Shown: one piece after another, positions 8,035-16,517 of the stretch
Layout: every line of letters starts with the position of its first letter
How positions within the stretch are numbered: position 1 is the first letter of the stretch
Assembly (NCBI GenBank): GCA_964501705.1
Contig: CAZCUQ010000002.1
Span: 1 to 55,532 of the forward strand
Source: an uncultured Ruminococcus sp.
Lineage (GTDB): Bacteria; Bacillota; Clostridia; Oscillospirales; Ruminococcaceae
Direction: 5' to 3'
DNA: 55,532 nt
Notes under the pieces: generated by a model
What the model saw: only the letters and a program-made list of their open reading frames with translations
Database searches by the model: none
Told to the model about the DNA's origin: nothing
Program-made: the position numbers and the translations under genes

Positions 8035-11008
8035 TCAGTCCGCCTCCAATTACAAATAAGGTCAGCAAGCCGCAGAATATAACAGCAATTGTCAGTATTC
8101 CCTTTTGTTCTCCAAGCAGCAGCGCCGCACCGAATGCTACAGAACCGCAGGCAGACGTTATGCTTTCAATCGTGCTGTTGATTCCCAATGCGCGGCTTTG
8201 ACCGATGGTATTAACTTCCGGCATAGAAGAAAAATAAACCGACTGTGCTGATAATCCGAAGCTGTCAGCAGCCGCAAAAAGTACGATCACTATATAACAG
8301 CTTGCGATAGACGGATTGAAAACAAGATACAGCAGCGCCGCCGCATATATAAACGAAGCAAGTATCATAGACTTTCTTGTACCGAGCTTTGATATAACAG
8401 GCTCTCCCAGGGCATCTCCCGCATAAATGGATATTACCCCGCTTATAAGGAATGCCATAGATATTTCAGCGGCGGAAAGGGAATTTTCCTCCGCAACTAT
8501 CGGGAAATAATAGCTTAGGAATGATGCGCAAATCAAATAAGGAATAGCGAGACAAATGAAATAGCGTATCAGATTCGGAGTAATAAAGTCCCTGATCGAA
8601 GCATTGCTTCTTTTCCCTTCAATGACAGTCCGCTTGTTATCCAAAAGCATTATGCCAAGGATCAGAATGAGCACTGCACAAAAAGCGGCAGTGAAATAAG
8701 CAGCCGTTATTCCAAACTGCTCCCATAAAATTGAACCGACGACCGTTCCGCAGTTCATACCTGCAAGAAAAGCCGCATTGTAATGAACAAAACCCTTGTT
8801 GCGGTTTTCTTCTTCATCAAAGTCTGCTATCCGGGAATTTATCGCTATTGTGAGAAATCCTCCGCCTATGCCGCAGATACTGTTTGCGCATATAAGCATC
8901 CACAGATTTCCCGCAAAAGCTGACAGCATATTTCCTCCGATATAGAACACCGCTCCTATAAGGCACATAGGCTTTATTCCTGTCTTTTTTATGGCAAACC
9001 CACAGAACAAGGAAGAAATTGCCGATACGATCAGCTCCGCAGAAAGAGGCAGCGCCGCAGCAACTTCAGCCGGCATAGGAAAGTCTTCGTTCCAGAGCGA
9101 CATACCGTATATCGGCAGAAATGCGGTTGTTATATTCGCCGTAAAGAAAACCATAAACGCAACAGGACGAATGATCTCGGGGGAATATGAAGACTTGTCC
9201 GAAGCTGCTCTGTGCCTTGCGCGGAATGCCGTGCCGCCGTTCATGATCTCGGCAAACAGCAGCATTATTATTATAACTGCCATTGAAGAAAGTATCAGTA
9301 TATTCTTGTACAAAGCGTTGTTTTCCTGAACATAGATGTCATAATTCGCACCCACTTCGATAAATGCCAGTATTTCACCGTTTTCATCGTATGACGGAAT
9401 AAGCGCAAAGGTGTAGTTGCCCTCCGAAAGCTCATAATCCTGTGAGATATAGATTTCGCTGCTCTCCGCAAGAACTTGCTCGACAGAATTCGCGTAAGCC
9501 CCTGCCATAGGATACATTATGCTGTGTAATCCGTCATTTCTGTAAACCTCGCATATTACATTGCTGTGGATCCTGTATATTACAGCGTAAACATTGCGGG
9601 ATTCATTTGTATTGCTTTTCAAAACACTCAAAATGTCGTCGTTAAGTGCCTGATAGCTCTCGTCAAACCACATATCGGGAGAATTTAATTTTGCAACCGT
9701 TTCCTTGTCCATTGTGGCATCTATCAGATAGGCTATATTGGAAAGATTTTCGACGGATTCGGATACAAATCTTTCATTGCAGGTATTGAAGATAGTAAGA
9801 GAAACTCCTGCTGTTACCGCTATGGCAGTCAGCAAAACAAGTATCTGAGTATTATTTTTGGCAAAGCCCTCCGATCGGATCATACCAATGATTTTTATCA
9901 GTGAATAAACGGCAATTACCGCCATAAGCAGAATAGCGGCATATACACAAAGGACAATTACTTTATATCCCGGGCTTATGCCGATAATATCGCTGCTGAA
10001 TATTTCTTCGCCTGTACTGTTTACACAATTAACGAAATATGTATATTCAGATTCGTCCGTAACAGGGTCATAGCTGTATTCTGCCGATACCACAGAAATA
10101 TTTCCGCCGTCCGCGTTCAATCCCGAATAAAGAGGCGCTTCGGAAATACTTCCCGTGCTGCCGCCGCTGAAATGACCCTGTCCGATAACCTCTGTCAGCT
10201 GACCGTCAGTTCCTATGGAATACACCTTTCTGAGTCCGATGTCGCCTGCATAAAGCGTTCCGCTGCTGTAATCCACATCGGAAATAATGCTGCAATATTC
10301 ATCGGTGTCATTTTCAGACGCGTCATAAAGCAGCAGATCTTCTCCGTTTTGATATGTATGTATATCTCCGTTCATTAACGAAACATAAATATTAAGAGAA
10401 TCATCAAAGGTGCTGTCGGACACATCATCATATGCATTCTCCAAAGGCATAAAGGCACATTCCGCAGCTTCATTACCGGAGCATTTTTTAACATATATGC
10501 CGTCCTCACAAATCTCGGAAAAGTACAATTCACCCTTGATAATCCGAGGACTGTCAAGATAGATAACCTGAATATTATCTTCATCGCATGTATCCGCTTC
10601 GTAAAGCACTTCTCTTTTTCTGCCGCTGTTTGTGAATTTCAGTATTCTTTCACGATAAGCATAGGTTCCGTCATAATTATAGCTTTTATCGTGTACATAA
10701 AGCTCGCCGTTACAGGCAGCTGCGGCATCTGCATAATCAAATGTCCTGTCGGGATCGCCTCCGGGCAGTAAATATATAAGTTCATTGTTTTCATCGGTAA
10801 CGGCTATGGAATATGAAGAATCCGTAATGTAATAATTTCCGCTGTCGGTAAACACAGCCTGAACAGGATTTTCAAGATAATATTCACTTTCAAACGGATT
10901 ACTGCCTATGCAGTCTGCAAATGTGCTTACAAAAGCCGTAAGCAGCACCAAAGCGGTTATTATCAGAAATACAGAATTGCTTTTTATTTTCTCTTTAAAA
11001 TTTTTCAC
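8003..11008 (-). CDS. Large membrane protein: N-terminal TM + repeat (propeller-like) ectodomain + second Cache-like ectodomain + C-terminal MFS-type 12-TM domain
   Basis: I prefer the GTG at 11008 (AGGAG 7 nt upstream) over the ORF-track TTG at 11014. Recurrent GxLY...D repeats (GELYVHD, GELYFSE, GTLYAGD). The C-terminal ~400 aa is polytopic with MFS-like loops. Confidence 0.6.
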   Translation of the reverse strand: MKNFKEKIKSNSVFLIITALVLLTAFVSTFADCIGSNPFESEYYLENPVQAVFTDSGNYYITDSSYSIAVTDENNELIYLLPGGDPDRTFDYADAAAACNGELYVHDKSYNYDGTYAYRERILKFTNSGRKREVLYEADTCDEDNIQVIYLDSPRIIKGELYFSEICEDGIYVKKCSGNEAAECAFMPLENAYDDVSDSTFDDSLNIYVSLMNGDIHTYQNGEDLLLYDASENDTDEYCSIISDVDYSSGTLYAGDIGLRKVYSIGTDGQLTEVIGQGHFSGGSTGSISEAPLYSGLNADGGNISVVSAEYSYDPVTDESEYTYFVNCVNSTGEEIFSSDIIGISPGYKVIVLCVYAAILLMAVIAVYSLIKIIGMIRSEGFAKNNTQILVLLTAIAVTAGVSLTIFNTCNERFVSESVENLSNIAYLIDATMDKETVAKLNSPDMWFDESYQALNDDILSVLKSNTNESRNVYAVIYRIHSNVICEVYRNDGLHSIMYPMAGAYANSVEQVLAESSEIYISQDYELSEGNYTFALIPSYDENGEILAFIEVGANYDIYVQENNALYKNILILSSMAVIIIMLLFAEIMNGGTAFRARHRAASDKSSYSPEIIRPVAFMVFFTANITTAFLPIYGMSLWNEDFPMPAEVAAALPLSAELIVSAISSLFCGFAIKKTGIKPMCLIGAVFYIGGNMLSAFAGNLWMLICANSICGIGGGFLTIAINSRIADFDEEENRNKGFVHYNAAFLAGMNCGTVVGSILWEQFGITAAYFTAAFCAVLILILGIMLLDNKRTVIEGKRSNASIRDFITPNLIRYFICLAIPYLICASFLSYYFPIVAEENSLSAAEISMAFLISGVISIYAGDALGEPVISKLGTRKSMILASFIYAAALLYLVFNPSIASCYIVIVLFAAADSFGLSAQSVYFSSMPEVNTIGQSRALGINSTIESITSACGSVAFGAALLLGEQKGILTIAVIFCGLLTLFVIGGGLNAKAGTSEEK

Positions 11009-11018
11009 AGGCAAGCTC

Positions 11019-11939
11019 CTAAACTACTGTAACAGTATATTTATCGATCATTTTACAGGGACGAAGCAGAGTTTTGTCATTTTTAAGTCCCGCAACTCCT
11101 ATATCCTCACCAAGATTTATAAAGTCAACATTTTTATGTTCAATTGCCATCTGTCTGTTCAGCCAATATGTAAGTCCTCTTATCCTTTCGGCATTTTTCT
11201 GAAAATAATAACACATAGTGTTATCATTGATCTTTTCACATACCGCGAAGGATAAGGGCTTGTTTCCGTCGTATGAAACCGAGATCCTGTGTCTGTCGGG
11301 GACGTATATCTCCATAAATCTCCTAAACGCATTTTTTTCGCACCCATAAAAACAGTTTTCACATTTATGGACATCGCACCATTTATCAAAAATGCTCATA
11401 CAGTCGGAATATTTGTCGGGAGTATATTTTTCACATTTTAATTCGGGATAATGAGCTGTAATGTAATTATATCCCCCTCGTTTTGTTTTATTTGACGTAC
11501 CTGCCATAGATAAAAAAGCATCTGTGTCATAAAGATAATCGCTGAATTTTTCATCAAATGTTATTTTGGCAGAATAACCGTTTTCAATTATCAGATCCCG
11601 ATAAATTTCTGTTTCACTAAGATCAACATATTCAAAAAGCGGCTTAATATTATTTGAACGGCAATATCCGATAACAGCGTTGATTGCCTCGCACAATGCT
11701 TCATTGCTTTTGCTGAGGATACAAAAGCCCCTTCTGCTGTCAACACCGATTCCCGTGACAGCAATCGCATCTCTCAGCAAAGCATACCTGTAATTAAACC
11801 TTTCACCCCACGCATAGAACATAGAGAATGTAGTATCTCCGCAGAAATTATCATTCCTGTATTCTCTGAAATATTCATATGCCGTGCTGTCAAAAGCATT
11901 GAAATCGACAGCTGACGGGGAAAGCAAAGAAACAGCCAT
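11019..11939 (-). CDS. DUF2156-type protein (fold of the MprF aminoacyl-phosphatidylglycerol synthase C-terminal domain)
   Basis: ATG at 11939. Pattern CGDTTFSMFYAWGERF ... DYLYDTDAFLSMAGTSNKTKRGGYNY matches what I recall of DUF2156 proteins (D-x-S/T-F-x3-Y-x-W ... DYxY ... G-x4-KR-x2-N). Confidence 0.55.
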   Translation of the reverse strand: MAVSLLSPSAVDFNAFDSTAYEYFREYRNDNFCGDTTFSMFYAWGERFNYRYALLRDAIAVTGIGVDSRRGFCILSKSNEALCEAINAVIGYCRSNNIKPLFEYVDLSETEIYRDLIIENGYSAKITFDEKFSDYLYDTDAFLSMAGTSNKTKRGGYNYITAHYPELKCEKYTPDKYSDCMSIFDKWCDVHKCENCFYGCEKNAFRRFMEIYVPDRHRISVSYDGNKPLSFAVCEKINDNTMCYYFQKNAERIRGLTYWLNRQMAIEHKNVDFINLGEDIGVAGLKNDKTLLRPCKMIDKYTVTVV

Positions 11940-12006
11940 TTCACCTAATCCTTTTCATTTTTTATTGCGGCGGCGTTTAAGTATAATCAGAAATCCGGTG
12001 ACATGG

Positions 12007-13404
12007 TTATCCTTCATCCATAATCGACTTAATATTTTCCTCATAACTATCCTTAAAAAAGCTGCACGCCATCGGATCCTTTTCAAAATATCCGCCGCAG
12101 GCAAGCGCATTTGCACGGCAGCCCGAGCAGCGGTATCTGTTTTCACAGGCAGCACATTCGGAATTATTTTTAAAAAGCTCTTTATATGTGTAAGAACAAT
12201 AGGTGTCGATTGGCGACACGCTGAGAGCTTTTTCAAGGCTTTGCCCTTCATCGAAAATATTCGGCGCTATGTTTTCCATAGAAGAACCACTCATTGCAAT
12301 ACACGGCAGCAGCCGTCCATCAGGAAGAAGATATGGAAAAACACGAACCGTTTCACAAAGATAATCAGATTCCCTTTCGCAGCTCCCGCAGCCTGACACA
12401 AAAGGTATATACCACTTTTCCGAATTATTTTTGAAGCCCTGAAAAAATCCGCCTAATCCAAGACGCAAAGGCATACCCTCGTTCTTGTATATTTTGATAA
12501 GCTTAATATATTCATCGAAAACCGCGGAATAATTTATGCCTCTGTCCGATTGACCCCGCCAGTTTCCCGTATCGACAATCGGCACTGCCTTCCAGTGCAT
12601 TACTCCAAGCTCCTTCATAAGTTCATATGTATCAATAAGCGAACCGATATTTCCGTTATGAAGAGAGGTTGAAACCGTAACTTCATATCCGCGGCTTCGT
12701 ATAAGTTTTATTGCGGCGACAGCCTTCTTTTCAGCGCCCTTAACTCCTCTGAGCCAGTCGTGACAGTTTACGCCGTCAAAGCTGAGCATAAAACAATTAG
12801 GATGAAGATCACGGCTTTGAAATTCGTCCATAAACTTTTCATCGACAGCAATACCATTGGTAAACACCTGAAGCAGTGTGATATGGTTTTCCGAAAGCAT
12901 ATCAACTATCTTCCAGAAATCCTTCCGAACAAGCGGTTCGCCGCCTGTAAGCGCAACCATATCAACGTTAGCTTCCCTGCACTGTCTTATGACTTCTCTG
13001 CATTTTTCAAGAGAAACCTCACCGTATTTGTTTTCATCAGAAGAGATATAGCAATGTCTGCACCGAAGATTACAGTTTCCTGTAACAGACCAAAGCATCG
13101 TGTGGGTGTATTTTGCCTCGGTATATCGGTATTTCTGATAATCCTCAAGTTTTTTATCCCTGCCGCACTCAACGAGAAAGCCTTTTGCGGCGGCAAGCTC
13201 TGTCATTTTCCTCAGCTTTTTCGGAATCAAAGGCTCGTCTGCCGATACTCCGCCTGCTGTAAGAAGCTCCAATGCCTCAAACTGCAATTGAGTAAGAATG
13301 AGAACACGGTCACGGATATTTTTACATTCAAGATCCACCACCGCATACTTTATATCTTTCCAGCCTCTCAGCGCATATTGGGGTTTAAGAGTAAAATACC
13401 GCAT
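12007..13404 (-). CDS. Radical SAM / SPASM-domain peptide maturase with N-terminal RRE-like region
   Basis: AGGAGAG RBS. CNLRCRHC (Cx3Cx2C) and TGGEPL SAM motifs. C-terminal Cys clusters CGSCERESDYLC ... PC and CAACENRYRCSGCRANALACGG. About 95 aa precede the rSAM core. Confidence 0.85.
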   Translation of the reverse strand: MRYFTLKPQYALRGWKDIKYAVVDLECKNIRDRVLILTQLQFEALELLTAGGVSADEPLIPKKLRKMTELAAAKGFLVECGRDKKLEDYQKYRYTEAKYTHTMLWSVTGNCNLRCRHCYISSDENKYGEVSLEKCREVIRQCREANVDMVALTGGEPLVRKDFWKIVDMLSENHITLLQVFTNGIAVDEKFMDEFQSRDLHPNCFMLSFDGVNCHDWLRGVKGAEKKAVAAIKLIRSRGYEVTVSTSLHNGNIGSLIDTYELMKELGVMHWKAVPIVDTGNWRGQSDRGINYSAVFDEYIKLIKIYKNEGMPLRLGLGGFFQGFKNNSEKWYIPFVSGCGSCERESDYLCETVRVFPYLLPDGRLLPCIAMSGSSMENIAPNIFDEGQSLEKALSVSPIDTYCSYTYKELFKNNSECAACENRYRCSGCRANALACGGYFEKDPMACSFFKDSYEENIKSIMDEG

Positions 13405-13512
13405 TTGTTTCTCTCCTGTCTTATGTTATTAATACCGAACGCTCCCGAATCTTTTAAAGAGAACAGACGACTCCACAATAAGCTATGAAGCCGTCTGCCC
13501 GACCCGGATATT

Positions 13513-13571
13513 ATGCCGTTTTCCCGCGCAGGTCATTTACGTGTATAACGTTCTGCGCGGATTTGCGGCAT
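13513..13571 (-). promoter_or_regulatory. Compound stem-loop between the last precursor gene and the maturase gene (possible attenuator or processing site)
   Basis: On the minus strand: ATGCCG-caaat-CCGCGCAG-(21 nt)-CTGCGCGG-gaaaa-CGGCAT. There is no clear U-tract. Confidence 0.35.
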
Positions 13572-13577
13572 TGCTGA

Positions 13578-13877
13578 TTAAAGATTTACATTAAGATTGC
13601 CTACTCCGTTGCCGCATACAACATCTCCGGTATGACCCTTACCGCCTGCTACAGAATCAAGGTCATCCTCATCAAGCTCCGTGTTGTCACCGTTCAGATA
13701 TGCCTTTGCTTCCTCAATGGTAATGTCGAAGCCAAGCTTCTTTGCAAGCACGCCAATCTTTGCGAGCTGCTCATCGGAAGCCTCTTCAAACTTTTTATCA
13801 CCAAGAATAGTGATAAGCTCCTTCTTTGCCGCGTCATCCGCAACAGCCTTTGCGTAGAATTCAGTTACCTTACTCAT
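13578..13877 (-). CDS. RiPP precursor D, Nif11-type leader (99 aa); core KGHTGDVVCGNGVGNLNVNL
   Basis: AAGGAGG RBS. Leader MSKVTEFYAKAV ... SDEQLAKIGVLAKKLGFDITIEEAKAYL ... LDEDDLDSVAGG has the Nif11 leader pattern with a double-Gly cleavage motif. Confidence 0.85.
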   Translation of the reverse strand: MSKVTEFYAKAVADDAAKKELITILGDKKFEEASDEQLAKIGVLAKKLGFDITIEEAKAYLNGDNTELDEDDLDSVAGGKGHTGDVVCGNGVGNLNVNL

Positions 13878-13952
13878 TGTAAGTTCCTCCTTTTAATTTA
13901 CGGTTTCCCGCATAGTATATGTATAAGCCTTTGAAGGCTCAATACCTTGAAA

Positions 13953-14279
13953 TTATTCGGATATGAGGGGTCCGGACTCGCTTACTTCCGGTTTGCCGCC
14001 TACCTGGCAAACAATTATTTTTGTTTCGTAATGATCCCCCTTGCCGCCGGCAACAGCATCGAGGTCGTCATCATTGAGAGCAGCCTCTTCAGGGTCAAGA
14101 AATTCCCTTGCCTCACTGACTGTAATGCTATATCCAAGTTCCCCGGCAATCACGCTCAGTGCTTCAAGCTGTTCATCGGAAGCGTTTTCCATTGTTTTGC
14201 CGTTAAGTATATCGGCAGCTCTTTTCCGTGTGCTTTCATCTGAAATAAGTTTTTCATAAAAATCGCAGAATTTGCTCAC
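13953..14279 (-). CDS. RiPP precursor C, Nif11-type leader (108 aa, GTG start); core KGDHYETKIIVCQVGGKPEVSESGPLISE
   Basis: GTG at 14279 is preceded by GGAGAGGAG. From that codon the product (M)SKFCDFYEKLI... aligns with the other three leaders. The ORF-track extension to 14453 overlaps precursor B out of frame. Confidence 0.8.
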   Translation of the reverse strand: MSKFCDFYEKLISDESTRKRAADILNGKTMENASDEQLEALSVIAGELGYSITVSEAREFLDPEEAALNDDDLDAVAGGKGDHYETKIIVCQVGGKPEVSESGPLISE

Positions 14280-14301
14280 AATTCCATCTCCTCTCCGAAT
14301 T

Positions 14302-14640
14302 TCAATAGGCAGGGTGAACGGTAGGCTCGTTATTGTTATCATCATATCCTGCCTGTCCGCCGACTTCGCATACATGAATCTCGGTATAATGGGTCTGATT
14401 CTTTCCTCCGGCAGCGGCATCAAGGTCGTCATCATCAAGCTCCGCAAAGTCATTATTCAGATATTCTCTTGCCTCATCAGCGGTAATATCGAAGCCGAGC
14501 TTCTTTGCGAGTATGCCTATTTTTTCGATCTGCTCATCGGATACATTTTGTATCTCTGTTCCGTTCAGTATATCGGCAAGTTCTTTGTTTGCAGCCGAAT
14601 CCGAAATTGCCTTGCTGTAAAAATCCGTAATTTTGCTCAT
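14302..14640 (-). CDS. RiPP precursor B, Nif11-type leader (112 aa); core KNQTHYTEIHVCEVGGQAGYDDNNNEPTVHPAY
   Basis: CAGGAGG RBS. Leader MSKITDFYSKAI ... SDEQIEKIGILAKKLGFDITADEAREYL ... LDDDDLDAAAGG. Confidence 0.85.
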   Translation of the reverse strand: MSKITDFYSKAISDSAANKELADILNGTEIQNVSDEQIEKIGILAKKLGFDITADEAREYLNNDFAELDDDDLDAAAGGKNQTHYTEIHVCEVGGQAGYDDNNNEPTVHPAY

Positions 14641-14669
14641 ATAAAAACCTCCTGTAATTTTTTATTTTC

Positions 14670-14999
14670 TTAAGATTGGGTAACGCCGCCGCCGTTTGAA
14701 CCATTACATTCAAATTTCAATGTATCGCCTCTGTATAAAGATATACGCGATGAGTTTCCCTTTCCGCCTGCGACAGCATCAAGGTCATCATCATCAAGCT
14801 CTGTATCATCACCGCGCAGATACGCCTTTGCTTCTTCAACGGTAATGTCAAATCCCATCTGCTTTGCGATTTCTCCGATCCTTTCAAGCTGTTCATCGGC
14901 TGCCTGCGCAATATCAGAGCCATCGAGTATTTTGCCAAGCTCTGCATTCTTTTCACTGTCTGCAAGTACCGCAGAATAAAAATCATTGATCTTACTCAT
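14670..14999 (-). CDS. RiPP precursor A, Nif11-type leader (109 aa); core KGNSSRISLYRGDTLKFECNGSNGGGVTQS
   Basis: ATG at 14999 (AAAGGTG upstream) gives MSKINDFYSAVL..., collinear with the paralogues. The ORF-track start at 15050 overlaps the upstream gene. Confidence 0.85.
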   Translation of the reverse strand: MSKINDFYSAVLADSEKNAELGKILDGSDIAQAADEQLERIGEIAKQMGFDITVEEAKAYLRGDDTELDDDDLDAVAGGKGNSSRISLYRGDTLKFECNGSNGGGVTQS

Positions 15000-15015
15000 C
15001 TGAAATTCACCTTTC

Positions 15016-15756
15016 TTACTTTTTGTTAATGCTGCTCTGTCCCGAAGCATCTTCCTTGACGGAAGAAGGATTTCCCGAATAGTTAATGGTACTCATACCC
15101 GAGGCTTCTGCGTCAAGCTCATTTTTCGCATAGACCTCCGCTGAAGATGTTCCCGAAACAGATACCTTTACATTGCCCGCCTCAGCATCGGCGGCATTAA
15201 GCTTCGATACACCGGAAATATCATACGAAGCCAGGTCGCAGCTTCCCTTAACGCTTACAACGGAAGCTCCTTCAGCCGATACATTTATTTCCGTAACCTC
15301 CTCGGGAATTGTATAATCAGTCTGAACACTTCCGCTTACATTGACAGAGGAAACCTTTGCGCCAATAGTAAGCGTGTAATTCATATTTTCATACATTACT
15401 CCCGATCTGCCCGACAAAATGATTTTTTGGCCCGCTTCGTCAACAGATAATGTCAGATCATCACATACATTATCATCAGCCTCTATTTTTGATTCGGACG
15501 CGGAAGGATCGATAATCACCTTGATATTTGAGTTGCTGTTGCTTATAGTGCCTGTGGAGAAGCTGTAAATGCCATCGGGAACAGAAACGCTTTTTTCTGT
15601 CATTGAACCGCTGCCCTTGATAATTTCAGAAAACTCTTCATCATTCATATCAATCACAACAGAATCGGAATATGTATCCTCTTCTCCGCAAGCAGTAAAT
15701 GCTCCGAGAATTGCCGCCGCGGATAAAATCACCGCGGCCGCTTTCTTTTTTTTCAT
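15016..15756 (-). CDS. Lipoprotein with DUF2807/GIN-type beta-helical repeat domain
   Basis: I prefer the ATG at 15756 (AAAGGTGGGG 5 nt upstream). Signal plus lipobox-like AFTAC. Repeated S/T-G-x-S/V strands (VSGSVQT, SAEGASVV, ISGVSKL, VSGTSSAEV, YSGNPSSV, ASGQSSI). Confidence 0.6.
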   Translation of the reverse strand: MKKKKAAAVILSAAAILGAFTACGEEDTYSDSVVIDMNDEEFSEIIKGSGSMTEKSVSVPDGIYSFSTGTISNSNSNIKVIIDPSASESKIEADDNVCDDLTLSVDEAGQKIILSGRSGVMYENMNYTLTIGAKVSSVNVSGSVQTDYTIPEEVTEINVSAEGASVVSVKGSCDLASYDISGVSKLNAADAEAGNVKVSVSGTSSAEVYAKNELDAEASGMSTINYSGNPSSVKEDASGQSSINKK

Positions 15757-15779
15757 AATAACCCCACCTTTCATATTAT

Positions 15780-16517
15780 TTAAGCGGTAAGCCCGCCATC
15801 TATGATAAATGTCTGTCCCGTAATATAGACCGACTTATCGCTTGCAAGGAATACACAAAGCTCCGCAACCTCCGAGGGCTTTCCAAAACGTCCCAAAGGA
15901 ATTTCGGCAATGCACTTGTTTTTGTATTCATCATCAAATCCCGCTGTCATAGCCGTTTCGATATATCCCGGAGCAACAGCGTTTACCCTGATATTTTTTG
16001 AAGCCAATTCAAGAGCGGCAGCTTTTGTAATGCCTATAATACCCGCCTTGGAAGCACAGTAGCTGCTCTGACCCGCACCGCCCTTAACACCGAAAACAGA
16101 ACTGATGTTAATTACCGAACCGTGCTTTTGTGACATCATCGGAATCGCTGCGGCCTGCATTGCGGCAAAAACAGCGGACAGATTGCAGTTTATCACATTG
16201 TCCCAGTTTTCTTTTCCGGCTGAAAACAGCAGTTCGGGACAAGCTATTCCCGCCGCGTTGATAAGCGCGTCTATTCCGCCCATAGCTTTTATCTGCTTTT
16301 TTATTGACGGAGATATGCTGTCCCTGTCGGAAAGATCAAGACAGAATGGAAACAGCTTATCGGGAAATTCCTCCGAAAGCTCTTCAATAGCAGCCGAACC
16401 GTTTCTGTATGATCCCGATACGACCGCTCCCTCTCTGATACATTCGGCGGCACAGGCAAGACCTATCCCGCCCGAAGCACCTGTTATTATCACTTTTTTT
16501 CCTTCAAGAATACCCAT
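15780..16517 (-). CDS. SDR-family 3-oxoacyl-ACP reductase (FabG-like), cluster-specific
   Basis: TGASGGIGLA (TGxxxGxG) and YCASKAG (YxxxK). The ATG abuts the upstream stop. Confidence 0.8.
   Translation of the reverse strand: MGILEGKKVIITGASGGIGLACAAECIREGAVVSGSYRNGSAAIEELSEEFPDKLFPFCLDLSDRDSISPSIKKQIKAMGGIDALINAAGIACPELLFSAGKENWDNVINCNLSAVFAAMQAAAIPMMSQKHGSVINISSVFGVKGGAGQSSYCASKAGIIGITKAAALELASKNIRVNAVAPGYIETAMTAGFDDEYKNKCIAEIPLGRFGKPSEVAELCVFLASDKSVYITGQTFIIDGGLTA

Noticed and set aside
13953-14453. 166-aa version of precursor C, and the 126-aa version of precursor A at 14670-15050.
   Set aside because: The N-terminal extensions overlap neighbouring genes out of frame and lack an RBS. 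The internal GTG (14279) and ATG (14999) starts have strong RBSs and give leaders collinear with the paralogues.
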